Positions 44,618-52,835 of a DNA stretch of 64,000 nucleotides are shown piece after piece. Source of the stretch: Myxococcota bacterium (GTDB lineage Bacteria > Myxococcota_A > UBA9042 > PHBI01 > JAWLBL01); NCBI GenBank assembly GCA_041687695.1, contig JAWLBL010000020.1, positions 1 through 64,000 of the forward strand, read 5' to 3'. The notes under the pieces are model-generated. The model was given only the letters and a program-made list of their open reading frames with translations, was not told the origin of the DNA and did no database searches. Position numbers and translations under genes: made by a program. Position 1 is the first letter of the stretch, and each line of letters begins with the position of its first letter.

Positions 44618-45223
44618 CTACGGGCAGTCGTCGTGCTCGCCGAAGATCATCGCCTCGCGGCTGTCGCTCGTCAGCCGCAGCAGCGTACAGAACTTGTCCT
44701 GGTCGTCCGGCAGGCCGCGGGCCTGGACGCTCCACCAGCGGCCCGAAGTGTCGTTGACGAAGCTCGGCGCCGTGGCGCCCGGGGCCCACGAGATCGTCTG
44801 CAGTTGGAAGTACAGCAGGTTGTCGTTGGATCCGATGGTCTCGCCGCGGGGCCTGAAGCCCAGCATGCACCAGGGTGAGGCACCCGGGCATTCGGCGTCC
44901 CACTGGTAGTAGCCGTGCAGGTTGTCGCCGCTCACGGGCGTGCCCGTGAACTGGGTCTCGTCGTCGGCGTCCGGGGCCGAGACGTACCGCGAGTAGGTGT
45001 TGAAGAACGTCTCCTGCTTGATGCGGATGTCGTTCATCAGCGCCAGGGCGTCGCTGCGCCGGGCGTTGCGCTTGTAGCGCGAGTACGACGTCACGGCGAC
45101 CACCGCCAGGATCGCCACGATGACCACGACGATCATCAGCTCGATGAGCGTGAAGCCCACCGCGCCTCGCACCCGCGACCGCGCCGGCTGCTGCGCCACA
45201 CCCTCGAATCGGCCTGCCAACAT
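44618..45223 (-). CDS. type IV pilin-like protein (PilE/PilA family)
   Basis: Prepilin motif G|FTLIELMIVVVIVAILAVVA; ARRSDA...L..I...QE.FF; true start may be nearer the motif. Confidence 0.88.
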   Translation of the reverse strand: MLAGRFEGVAQQPARSRVRGAVGFTLIELMIVVVIVAILAVVAVTSYSRYKRNARRSDALALMNDIRIKQETFFNTYSRYVSAPDADDETQFTGTPVSGDNLHGYYQWDAECPGASPWCMLGFRPRGETIGSNDNLLYFQLQTISWAPGATAPSFVNDTSGRWWSVQARGLPDDQDKFCTLLRLTSDSREAMIFGEHDDCP

Positions 45224-45456
45224 GGGACCCCCTCCGCAAACGCCCGGGACGATGCTAGGCGGGGCGGCGCTCGCGGGTCAAGGTAGCGCGGCGGGCCGGA
45301 CCGCATCCCCGGTGACCGTGCTCGCGGCCTCCCGACGCGGACCGCGAGCGCCCGTCTCGGGTTGCGCCGTGTCGCGCGGCGCGCTAACACCTGCTCGGCG
45401 GCTGGCGCGGGGCGCCGGACCTCCGGGCAGACCCTCGCGGTGCAGGCGGCGCGCGA

Positions 45457-48177
45457 TTGAGCGGACGACATTCCTTGGCGCGACGGTGCGCACGGCCGAT
45501 CCCGGCGCTGCTCCTGACGCTCCTGACGGGCCTGAGCGCCCCCAGCGCTGCGCAACCGGCCGAGCCCTCGCCCGGGATCGTGGCCGAGGTCTCGGTCACC
45601 GCCTCGCCGGCCCGCTCGCGCCTGACCGGCCACGTCCGCCTCACCGTCAGGAACGACAGCCGCGTGGCGCTGGCCAGGATCCCGCTGTGGCGCTTCCCCG
45701 AGCACCTGCGAGCGCCCCCGGCCCGCATGGACGAGGTCAGCGAGGACTGGGTCTATCCCGCTGGGCCCAGCCCGGGCGGCCTGACGCTGGGCGAAGTGCG
45801 GGACGGCGGTGGGCGGGTCCTGGTCACGCAGCCGCTGACCCCGACCGTCTCCGAGGTCGTCCTGGCCGAGGCGCTGGCGCCCGGGGGCCTCGTCTCCCTG
45901 GATGTGCCGTTCCACACGCGGGTGCCGCGCCGCTTCGGCCCCTTCGGCGTGCACGATGGACGCCTGACCCTCGACGGAGGGTTCTTCCCGCGTCCGCCGC
46001 CGCTCGGCCCCGACGGCTTCGTCACCTCGAGCCCCCCGGGGGACTTCGCCTGGCGTCTGTCCCTGTCGGTCGAGGGAGCCCCGGCGACGGCCATCGCTCA
46101 AGGGCGCGTCGCGGCCGTCGCGCCCGGTCAGCGCGTCGACTTCGGGCCCGGCGTGTCGTCCCGGATCAGCCTGGTGCTGCTGGAGGAGCACCAGGAGAGC
46201 GCGATGGACCACGAGGGGACCCGGATCCGCTTCCTGCACACCCGCACCCGCCGCCGCGCCGCAGGCCCCGACACGATCCCCGACCCGACGGTCATCGACA
46301 CCCACGCCCAGACCCTGGCGACGATGGCCAGCGGTCTGTCCTACCTGAAGAAGACCCTGGGCGAGGGATGGACGCCGCCGCGCGAGATCCTGCTGGTCGA
46401 GGCGCCGCTGCGCCGCGACATCGCGCTGGCGGGGCAGGGCATGGTGCTGGTGAGCGACCGGGCCTTCGAGGTGCTGGCGGTCGAGCGTCTGCAGAAGTTC
46501 CATCGCATCGCGCTGCTGCGCGCGCTGTTCACCCAGCAGCTCGAGGGGCGGATCTTCGCCGCCGAGCCGGTCCGCTGGCGCGACCGCGTGCTGGATCTGA
46601 TCGCGGTCCACCTGACCGAACGCTGGGAGGACGAGCGGTACGGCACCGTCGAAGGCGCGCAGCAGCTGCTGCAGGGGGGCTCGTTCGTCGCCGCGGTCGA
46701 CGACGTCATCTACGCCCCGCAGCTGCCGTACCAGCACGTCTACTTTCGGACCCTGGACGACACGGACCCGTTCCGCGACCACGTGACGCTGTTCGCGCAC
46801 CCGCATCCGAACGGTCGGCGGCTGCACGAGAAGCTCAAGGACCTGACCAGCGCCGAAGGCCTGGTGGCGCTGGTCGATCGGCTGCTCGAGCGCGAGCGGC
46901 CGCCGTTCGCCACGCTGGTCGGGCAGCGCATCCCCGCGGCCGACGCGGCCTTCCTGGCGCAGTGGGATCGCGAGTACCCGGTGGTCGCCTATCGGCTGGG
47001 CGAGGTCCGGCAGGGGCGCGACGCCGAGGGCCCCTGGGTCGACGTCGAGGTCGTGCGCGAGGGCGACCTGACGGTGAGCGAGCCGGTCACGGTCAAGGCC
47101 TTCGGTTCGGGCGCGGCGCCGGTCACCGGGACCTGGCACGGCCCGGGTCCGCGGGGCGTGGTCCGGCTTCGCACGGAGCTCGAGCGGCCCAAGGTCATCG
47201 TCGACCCGATGGGGCGGCTGTACGAATCGGATCTCGGCTCGAACGACGATCCCCGCATGGACAACCGGAACTACGACGACTGGAAGTTCCTCGTCCAAGG
47301 GTTCTTCTTCAGCTTCAGCTCCGCCAACGGGCAGCTCAACGGGACCCTGTCGAGCATCCTCCAACGCAAGAACGACCTGGGGAACCTCATCCTGCTGCAG
47401 CCGTTCGAGCTGACGACGTCCACCGGCGTCGCCACGACCTGGATCGCCGGGTTCGGCGACAAGGTGCGTCCCAACCGCCGAGGGCACTACGTCCAGACGC
47501 ACCTGACCCTCGAGCGCCTCAAGGCCAGCGAGACGGTCGACTCGGGCTTCGGGGCCATCGCCTCGGTCGGCGTCGGCACCTCGGACTACATCAGCCGCGT
47601 CACGCCCATGCAGGGCCGGACACTGTACGCCGGCGTCGGCGGGCTGTTCTCTGCGACCGGCGGCGACCCGGACATCGCCGTGTTCGGGCAGCTGGACGCC
47701 GCGCGCCTGTTCCGGCTGACCAGCGCCGACGTGCTGGGGGTGCATGGGGCCGCCAACCTGCTGCTGGGCGAGGCGAGCGAGCAACAGAAGTGGCAGATCG
47801 GTGGACCGGGGCTGGTCCGGGCCTTCGACCCGGTCGCGGCGCTGGGCCGACACCGCGTCCTGGCCTCCGTCGAGTGGCGCCACCGCTTCACGCGCGACAT
47901 GAACCTCAACATCGTGCAGGCCGGGTGGGTCTACGGGCTGCACGGTGTCGCCTTCGTGGACGCGGCCCTGCTCTCGGACGATCTGGACGCCCTGCCGTCG
48001 TCCCGCAGCCTGTACGCCGGCGCCGGCTACGGCCTGCGGTTCGTCTATCTGCTGTTCGGGATGAACCCCATGCTGCTGTCGTTCGATGTCGGCGTGCCCT
48101 TGTACGCGGGCGGACGTCCGCCGCTCGACGTCACCGCGCCCGTCTCGCTCGTCGTGTCGGTCGACCAGGCCTTCTGA
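45457..48177 (+). CDS. M1-peptidase-like N-region fused to a C-terminal outer-membrane beta-barrel
   Basis: Signal peptide; VPRRFGPFG..., VIVDP.GRL.E; amphipathic beta strands ending FDVGVP...VSVDQAF. Confidence 0.6.
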   Translation: MSGRHSLARRCARPIPALLLTLLTGLSAPSAAQPAEPSPGIVAEVSVTASPARSRLTGHVRLTVRNDSRVALARIPLWRFPEHLRAPPARMDEVSEDWVYPAGPSPGGLTLGEVRDGGGRVLVTQPLTPTVSEVVLAEALAPGGLVSLDVPFHTRVPRRFGPFGVHDGRLTLDGGFFPRPPPLGPDGFVTSSPPGDFAWRLSLSVEGAPATAIAQGRVAAVAPGQRVDFGPGVSSRISLVLLEEHQESAMDHEGTRIRFLHTRTRRRAAGPDTIPDPTVIDTHAQTLATMASGLSYLKKTLGEGWTPPREILLVEAPLRRDIALAGQGMVLVSDRAFEVLAVERLQKFHRIALLRALFTQQLEGRIFAAEPVRWRDRVLDLIAVHLTERWEDERYGTVEGAQQLLQGGSFVAAVDDVIYAPQLPYQHVYFRTLDDTDPFRDHVTLFAHPHPNGRRLHEKLKDLTSAEGLVALVDRLLERERPPFATLVGQRIPAADAAFLAQWDREYPVVAYRLGEVRQGRDAEGPWVDVEVVREGDLTVSEPVTVKAFGSGAAPVTGTWHGPGPRGVVRLRTELERPKVIVDPMGRLYESDLGSNDDPRMDNRNYDDWKFLVQGFFFSFSSANGQLNGTLSSILQRKNDLGNLILLQPFELTTSTGVATTWIAGFGDKVRPNRRGHYVQTHLTLERLKASETVDSGFGAIASVGVGTSDYISRVTPMQGRTLYAGVGGLFSATGGDPDIAVFGQLDAARLFRLTSADVLGVHGAANLLLGEASEQQKWQIGGPGLVRAFDPVAALGRHRVLASVEWRHRFTRDMNLNIVQAGWVYGLHGVAFVDAALLSDDLDALPSSRSLYAGAGYGLRFVYLLFGMNPMLLSFDVGVPLYAGGRPPLDVTAPVSLVVSVDQAF

Positions 48178-48261
48178 GCGCGCGGCCGGTTGTCCGCGCT
48201 CGGAAGTGGCGCTATACGATGGGCTCGACGTCAGCCGAAGTCCGTGACCCTGGAGGCACCG

Positions 48262-48834
48262 GTGGAGACCCCCACGAGCCCCGAAGAGCTGGACGAGCAG
48301 CTCACGCTCCGCAAGGAGCGCTTCCGTCAGATCATCACCGACATCCGCGCCGTGCTCCGCGACGACCTGCCGGTCTTCGTCGAGCGCGAGGCCAAGGCCG
48401 CGTTTCTGGCCCACCCCGAGACGGCGGCCAACCTGTCGGGCGAGCAGGTGCGGGATCTCAAGCAGCGCGCCAAGGCCGTGGGCGAGCGCGCCGTGACGCG
48501 CCTCGAGGAGGCGCTGTCGGGCGAGGACATCTGGCTCGAGCCCGCCGACGAGCCCGCCGACGCGCGCTCGCTGGTCGCCGCCCGCGGCGTGTGGAACCAG
48601 GTGCGCCACGTCGAGGAGGACCTGTCCACCCTGCTGCGCGAGTTCGGGTTGGTCGGCGACGCGGCGCCCAGCTACAAGGCGCCCGTCTACTTCGTGGGCG
48701 GCCGCTACTTCCCGGCCCTGGCCGAGCACTACTGGAAGCTGCTCGGCGAGCTTCGCGCCCTGGAGACCAAGCGCGCCGAGCTGGACAAGCGCTCGGTACG
48801 CGAGCGCCTCGAGACGCGCTGGAACGAGGCCTGA
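48262..48834 (+). CDS. hypothetical helical/coiled-coil protein
   Basis: Codon-biased ORF; GGAGG 5 nt before GTG 48262. Confidence 0.7.
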   Translation: METPTSPEELDEQLTLRKERFRQIITDIRAVLRDDLPVFVEREAKAAFLAHPETAANLSGEQVRDLKQRAKAVGERAVTRLEEALSGEDIWLEPADEPADARSLVAARGVWNQVRHVEEDLSTLLREFGLVGDAAPSYKAPVYFVGGRYFPALAEHYWKLLGELRALETKRAELDKRSVRERLETRWNEA

Positions 48835-48886
48835 CCGTCGCGTCGGCGCCGCCCCTCCGGGACGGCCGTGGGGCGGCCCGATGTTA

Positions 48887-49043
48887 GGGCCCGCCAAGAA
48901 AAATAGTGCTCGCCTCCGCGGCGGATCCGCCGCACTGGACACGTCGCCGAAAGCTCGGAGTATCCAGATACACCTTCACTTTCGGCGACGCGCCCAGCAC
49001 GACGCCTCCTTGCCGATCCGAACCCTTTTTCCTTGGCGGGCCC
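48887..49043. mobile_element. 157-bp MITE with TTA target duplication
   Basis: TIR GGGCCCGCCAAG/CTTGGCGGGCCC followed by A/T runs; TTA at 48884-48886 and 49044-49046. Confidence 0.78.
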
Positions 49044-49050
49044 TTATGTC

Positions 49051-49079
49051 TTGACGGCACTGGGGCTCCTTGTTACACG
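49051..49079 (+). promoter_or_regulatory. sigma70-type promoter of the CAT tRNA
   Basis: TTGACG-17 bp-TACACG with TG extension, same layout as the tRNA-Arg promoter. Confidence 0.55.
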
Positions 49080-49092
49080 GCGCGCACGTTTC

Positions 49093-49169
49093 GGCTGCGT
49101 AGCTCAGCTGGTTAGAGCGAGCGACTCATAATCGCTAGGTCGACAGTTCAAGTCTGTCCGCAGCCACCA
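49093..49169 (+). tRNA. tRNA with CAT anticodon (elongator Met, possibly Ile2)
   Basis: GGCTGCG/CGCAGCC stem, loop CTCATAA, GTTCAAGTC, encoded ACCA; paired G1-C72 argues against an initiator. Confidence 0.93.
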
Positions 49170-49771
49170 TCGGCCCCATCCGCAAGCGCGCGGGTGGGGC
49201 CTTCGTGTTTCCAGGGCAGGACCTGGCCGGCCCATGCGCGCGCGCCGACGGGGCCATCGCCCACCACCGGGACGCCGGGACGCGCGGCGCAGCCGTCGGA
49301 GCCCCAACGCAGGGTGTCGACTTCGCCGCCGCAAGGGTCGAACAGGCGCAGCGTGCCCGACGCGTTGGCGAGCCGAAGCGACCCGATGGGCCACGGGCTG
49401 GACGGTCCCCCCAGGACCAGGACCTCGAACGGGGCGAGGACCACGTCGGGGAGCACGTGCTTTCGGCGACCCACGGTCAGGCGCCAGTCGCGCAGCGACA
49501 GGGGCGTCGGCGAGGCGTGGGCCAGGGCGACCCACTCACCTTCGCGATCGGGGCGGTCGAGCGGGTCGGGCAGGGCGGCGACGAGCCGCAGGGGCGCGCC
49601 GCAGGAGACCGCCGGGCCGGGCGGGACGGGCGCCGCGAGGATGGCCAGCGTGCGGTCGGGCGGCAGCGGAGGCGGCAGGCCGGGCCCGTCGGGCAGGTCG
49701 GGCCATGGGGTGCACGCGGCGGCGAACAGCAGCCACGCGAGGCAGGGGAGGAGGACCGGGGTGTGCTTCAT
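49148..49771 (-). CDS. lamin-tail-domain-like lipoprotein
   Basis: Lipobox AAAC; PDP..D..GEWVAL, LSLRDWRL, LANASGTLRLFDP.G.EVD; C-terminus runs antisense into the tRNA. Confidence 0.6.
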   Translation of the reverse strand: MKHTPVLLPCLAWLLFAAACTPWPDLPDGPGLPPPLPPDRTLAILAAPVPPGPAVSCGAPLRLVAALPDPLDRPDREGEWVALAHASPTPLSLRDWRLTVGRRKHVLPDVVLAPFEVLVLGGPSSPWPIGSLRLANASGTLRLFDPCGGEVDTLRWGSDGCAARPGVPVVGDGPVGARAWAGQVLPWKHEGPTRALADGADGGCGQT

Positions 49772-50060
49772 GCCTCGGGCCGTAGCAAAGGCCCTGCCAA
49801 GGTGGGACATGTGTCGTTTCGAGCGCTTGCGTCGGCTGGCTGTGTCCCGGAGTGTCCCATCCGCGGGACACCTCGGGACACCTGACACAGGTCCCGTGGG
49901 ACACCTCGCCACGAGGCCCGGCGCGCGCCGCCCCGCGCCGCCCCGGGCACCGCGACGCAGGTAGGGCTCCGGCCCAAGTTGACACCGGTCGGGCCACGGC
50001 TAACATGGGCCGCGCGCCAGGGACTTTTTCCTGTGCGCCTCAGGAGTTGCAGGAGTCTTC

Positions 50061-51650
50061 ATGCAGATCGTCGGCGCCATCGTCGGGAACCGCGCGGCGC
50101 GTTCCGGCCGTCCTGTCTGGGCGCGAGCCCTGTCGGTCTCCCTGGCCGCGTTGATGAGCCTCGGCGCTCCCGTCGCCGCTCAGGCCCAGACCGGCGGCAA
50201 GCCCGTCCGCGTGGGCCTCGAGCCGTCGCTCGCGGTGCTCGAGCTGTACGTCGGGGACCAGACCTACGACAAGACGCCGGACTACGTGCGCAAGGTGACC
50301 GAGGAGCTGGCGAAGACGGGCCGCTTCTCGCTGCTCGACCGCGCCGACGCCGAGCGCCAGATCCGCGCCGTCATGACGACCTCGGTCCGCCGCGTCACCG
50401 AGGACAAGCTCAAAGAGATCGAGCTGCTCATGAAGAAGGGCGACGATCTCCTCTACACGAACCCGAAGGAGGCCATCGAGATCCTGGCGAAGGCGAAGAA
50501 CGAGCTCAAGGACATCATGGAGACGATCACGCTCAACCAGAAGATTCGAACGGACTACTTCAAGACGCAGATGATGTTGGCGCGGTCGCACTTCGACAAC
50601 AAGAACCGCCCCAAGGCCGCCGAGATCCTCGAAGAGATCATCCGCGTCTTCGGCGACGAGGTGAAGGTCACCGAGGAGGAGTACCACCCCGACATCGTGG
50701 CCCTGTATCGCGACGCCTACCGCAAGATGAGCGCGATGCAGAAGGGCCGCGTGATGGTCCGCACCGAGCCGGCCGGCGCCGAGGTGCTCATCCACGGCAA
50801 GGTCCAGAAGGAGGGGAGCCCGGCCACGTTCGACGGCATCTACCCGGGCGTGGTGGCGGTGCAGGCCCGCAAGGGCGGCCGTGAGTCGATGATCCACCGG
50901 GTCAAGGTCGACGCGGGCTCGACGACCGAGCTGACCATCGACATCGACTACGAGACCAGCATGGCCTTCAGCGACGCGCAGTTCGGGTTCACCTTCCCCG
51001 ACCAGGGCACGCTCAAGGCGCGCGTCGCCGACTTCGCCTCACGCATCGGAAAGCTGCTCAAGGTCGACTACGTGCTGGTGACCGGCCTCGTCGAGGCGGA
51101 CGGACGCACCAACCTCGAGGGTCACCTGGTCAACGTCGACAAGGTGTCCGTCGAGCGCACCGAGTCGCTGTACACCAAGGCCAACGTCGTCTCGGCCAAC
51201 CGCTCCGAGCAGCTGGCCATGGGCATCGCCGACGAGGGCTACGTCCCGCCGCCGCCGGTCTACAAGCCCTGGTACACCAACGTGGTGGGGTGGTCGGGCG
51301 TGGGCGCCGGTGTCGTCGCCGGTGTGATCGGCGCCGTGATGTGGTCCGACTTCGAGGCCAAGCTCGAGGAGGTCAACTGCACGGCGGGGCCGCCGGCCTG
51401 CAAGACCTACACCGAGCGTGTGGCTCTGGCCGGCGACGCCAAGTTCTCGCGCACGATGGGCGGCATCGGGTTCGGTGTTGGTGGCGCGTTGCTCGCCGGT
51501 GGCGTGGCCGCCTTCATCCTGCTGCGCGAAGAGGACACCGACGCGATGGCGGCCGACGCCGACGCGCCTAACGTCCCGCGCCTGCAGGCCCTGTCGCCGA
51601 CCTTCACGCCCGATGGTGGCGCCGGCTTCGGGGCCGCGTTCACCTTCTAG
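50061..51650 (+). CDS. exported PEGA-domain protein with Gly-rich hydrophobic C-terminus
   Basis: Signal peptide; VRTEPAGAEVLIHG PEGA motif; KPWY...GW; ends FGAAFTF; AGGAG RBS; upstream TTGACA-16-TAACAT. Confidence 0.8.
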   Translation: MQIVGAIVGNRAARSGRPVWARALSVSLAALMSLGAPVAAQAQTGGKPVRVGLEPSLAVLELYVGDQTYDKTPDYVRKVTEELAKTGRFSLLDRADAERQIRAVMTTSVRRVTEDKLKEIELLMKKGDDLLYTNPKEAIEILAKAKNELKDIMETITLNQKIRTDYFKTQMMLARSHFDNKNRPKAAEILEEIIRVFGDEVKVTEEEYHPDIVALYRDAYRKMSAMQKGRVMVRTEPAGAEVLIHGKVQKEGSPATFDGIYPGVVAVQARKGGRESMIHRVKVDAGSTTELTIDIDYETSMAFSDAQFGFTFPDQGTLKARVADFASRIGKLLKVDYVLVTGLVEADGRTNLEGHLVNVDKVSVERTESLYTKANVVSANRSEQLAMGIADEGYVPPPPVYKPWYTNVVGWSGVGAGVVAGVIGAVMWSDFEAKLEEVNCTAGPPACKTYTERVALAGDAKFSRTMGGIGFGVGGALLAGGVAAFILLREEDTDAMAADADAPNVPRLQALSPTFTPDGGAGFGAAFTF

Positions 51651-51668
51651 CCGCGACCGATGCTCGCG

Positions 51669-51696
51669 CGAAGGCGGCCTCTTGGGGCCGCCTTCG
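51669..51696. terminator. hairpin terminator between convergent genes
   Basis: CGAAGGCGGCC...GGCCGCCTTCG. Confidence 0.7.
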
Positions 51697-51712
51697 TCGT
51701 TTCGAAACTGGG

Positions 51713-52126
51713 TCAGGCGCGCAGCGCGTCGAGGAGCGGCGCGTTCGCGGGCGGCATGGGCAAGGCGAGCAGCTCGGCGCGCGTGACCAGGCGCAGGGCG
51801 ATCGCGGCGAGGGGGCGGGGCTCGGGCTCGCCGGGGCGCGTCGCCGTCTGGAAGAACAGCAGCAGGACCCGCCGGTCTCCGTAGTCGTGCCACGAGAAGG
51901 TGAGCGGCGTCGGGGACGTGACCTCGACCCCCAGCTCCTCGCGCAGCTCGCGGATGACGGCCTCGGCGGGGCTCTCTCCCGGCTCGACGCGGCCGCCCGG
52001 CAGCTCCCACGAGCCGCCGAGGTGCGCGTCCGGGCGCCGCTGCGTCACGACGTAGGTGGGCTCGCCGTCGCGCGCGCCGTGGCGGACCAGGCCTATGGCG
52101 ACCAGGACCGGGTCGGTTCGGGTCAT
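51713..52126 (-). CDS. NUDIX hydrolase, MutT/NudG family
   Basis: HLGGSWELPGGRVEPGESPAEAVIRELREELG; PPANAPL. Confidence 0.88.
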   Translation of the reverse strand: MTRTDPVLVAIGLVRHGARDGEPTYVVTQRRPDAHLGGSWELPGGRVEPGESPAEAVIRELREELGVEVTSPTPLTFSWHDYGDRRVLLLFFQTATRPGEPEPRPLAAIALRLVTRAELLALPMPPANAPLLDALRA

Positions 52127-52746
52127 GGGCCGCATCCGTGCCGCAGGTAGCTCGCGCGCGCCGACAGGACGCGCTCGACGTAGTGGAAGTTGGTCGGCAG
52201 GCCGGCGCGGCTGCGGGCCTCGTTGGGACGGCGGTGGCCGGCGTTGTAGCCGCTGAGGCCGTAGATGAGGTGGTTGTCGTAGTAGGCGATGAAGCGCTTG
52301 AGGACCCGCGTGCCGCAGTCGATGTTGGACTCGGGGTCGAAGAGGTCGTCGCACTTCAGAGCGCGCGCCGTGGAGGGCATCACCTGCATCAGCCCCAGCG
52401 CGCCGGCGCTGCTGCGGACCTTGGGGCGGAACGAGGACTCGACGCGGATGACGCCTGCGATGAGGCCCACGTCGATGCCGTGGCGCGCGGCGGCGGTGCG
52501 GATGAGGGGCTCGATCGCGCGGCAGCGTTCGCCCAGGGCGCCGCGCCAGACCTCGGCCTTGGACAGGTTGACCTCGCCCTCGGCGCGGGGCTTTCTCGCC
52601 GGGGCGGCGCGAGGCGCCGGCCGCGTCGCAGCGGCCTTGGCGGAAGGGGCCACGCGGCGCGCGGGCGTCGACCCGCCGCACGCGACGAGCGCCGCCGAGG
52701 TGGCGACGAGCAGGGCGGCGACGGCAACCGGAGACGAGCCTCGCAT
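52123..52746 (-). CDS. SLT-domain lytic transglycosylase lipoprotein
   Basis: Lipobox LVAC; VIRVESSF, GALGLMQVMP.TA, NI..G, YNAG, YV.RV. Confidence 0.9.
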   Translation of the reverse strand: MRGSSPVAVAALLVATSAALVACGGSTPARRVAPSAKAAATRPAPRAAPARKPRAEGEVNLSKAEVWRGALGERCRAIEPLIRTAAARHGIDVGLIAGVIRVESSFRPKVRSSAGALGLMQVMPSTARALKCDDLFDPESNIDCGTRVLKRFIAYYDNHLIYGLSGYNAGHRRPNEARSRAGLPTNFHYVERVLSARASYLRHGCGP

Positions 52747-52835
52747 GCGCTCAGGATGCGGGCCCGGCGCGCGGGTCGCAACTTTCCGAGTGGCGGCGGC
52801 GGGACAGGGCGGGCCGGCTGGGCTACGGTCGTGCC

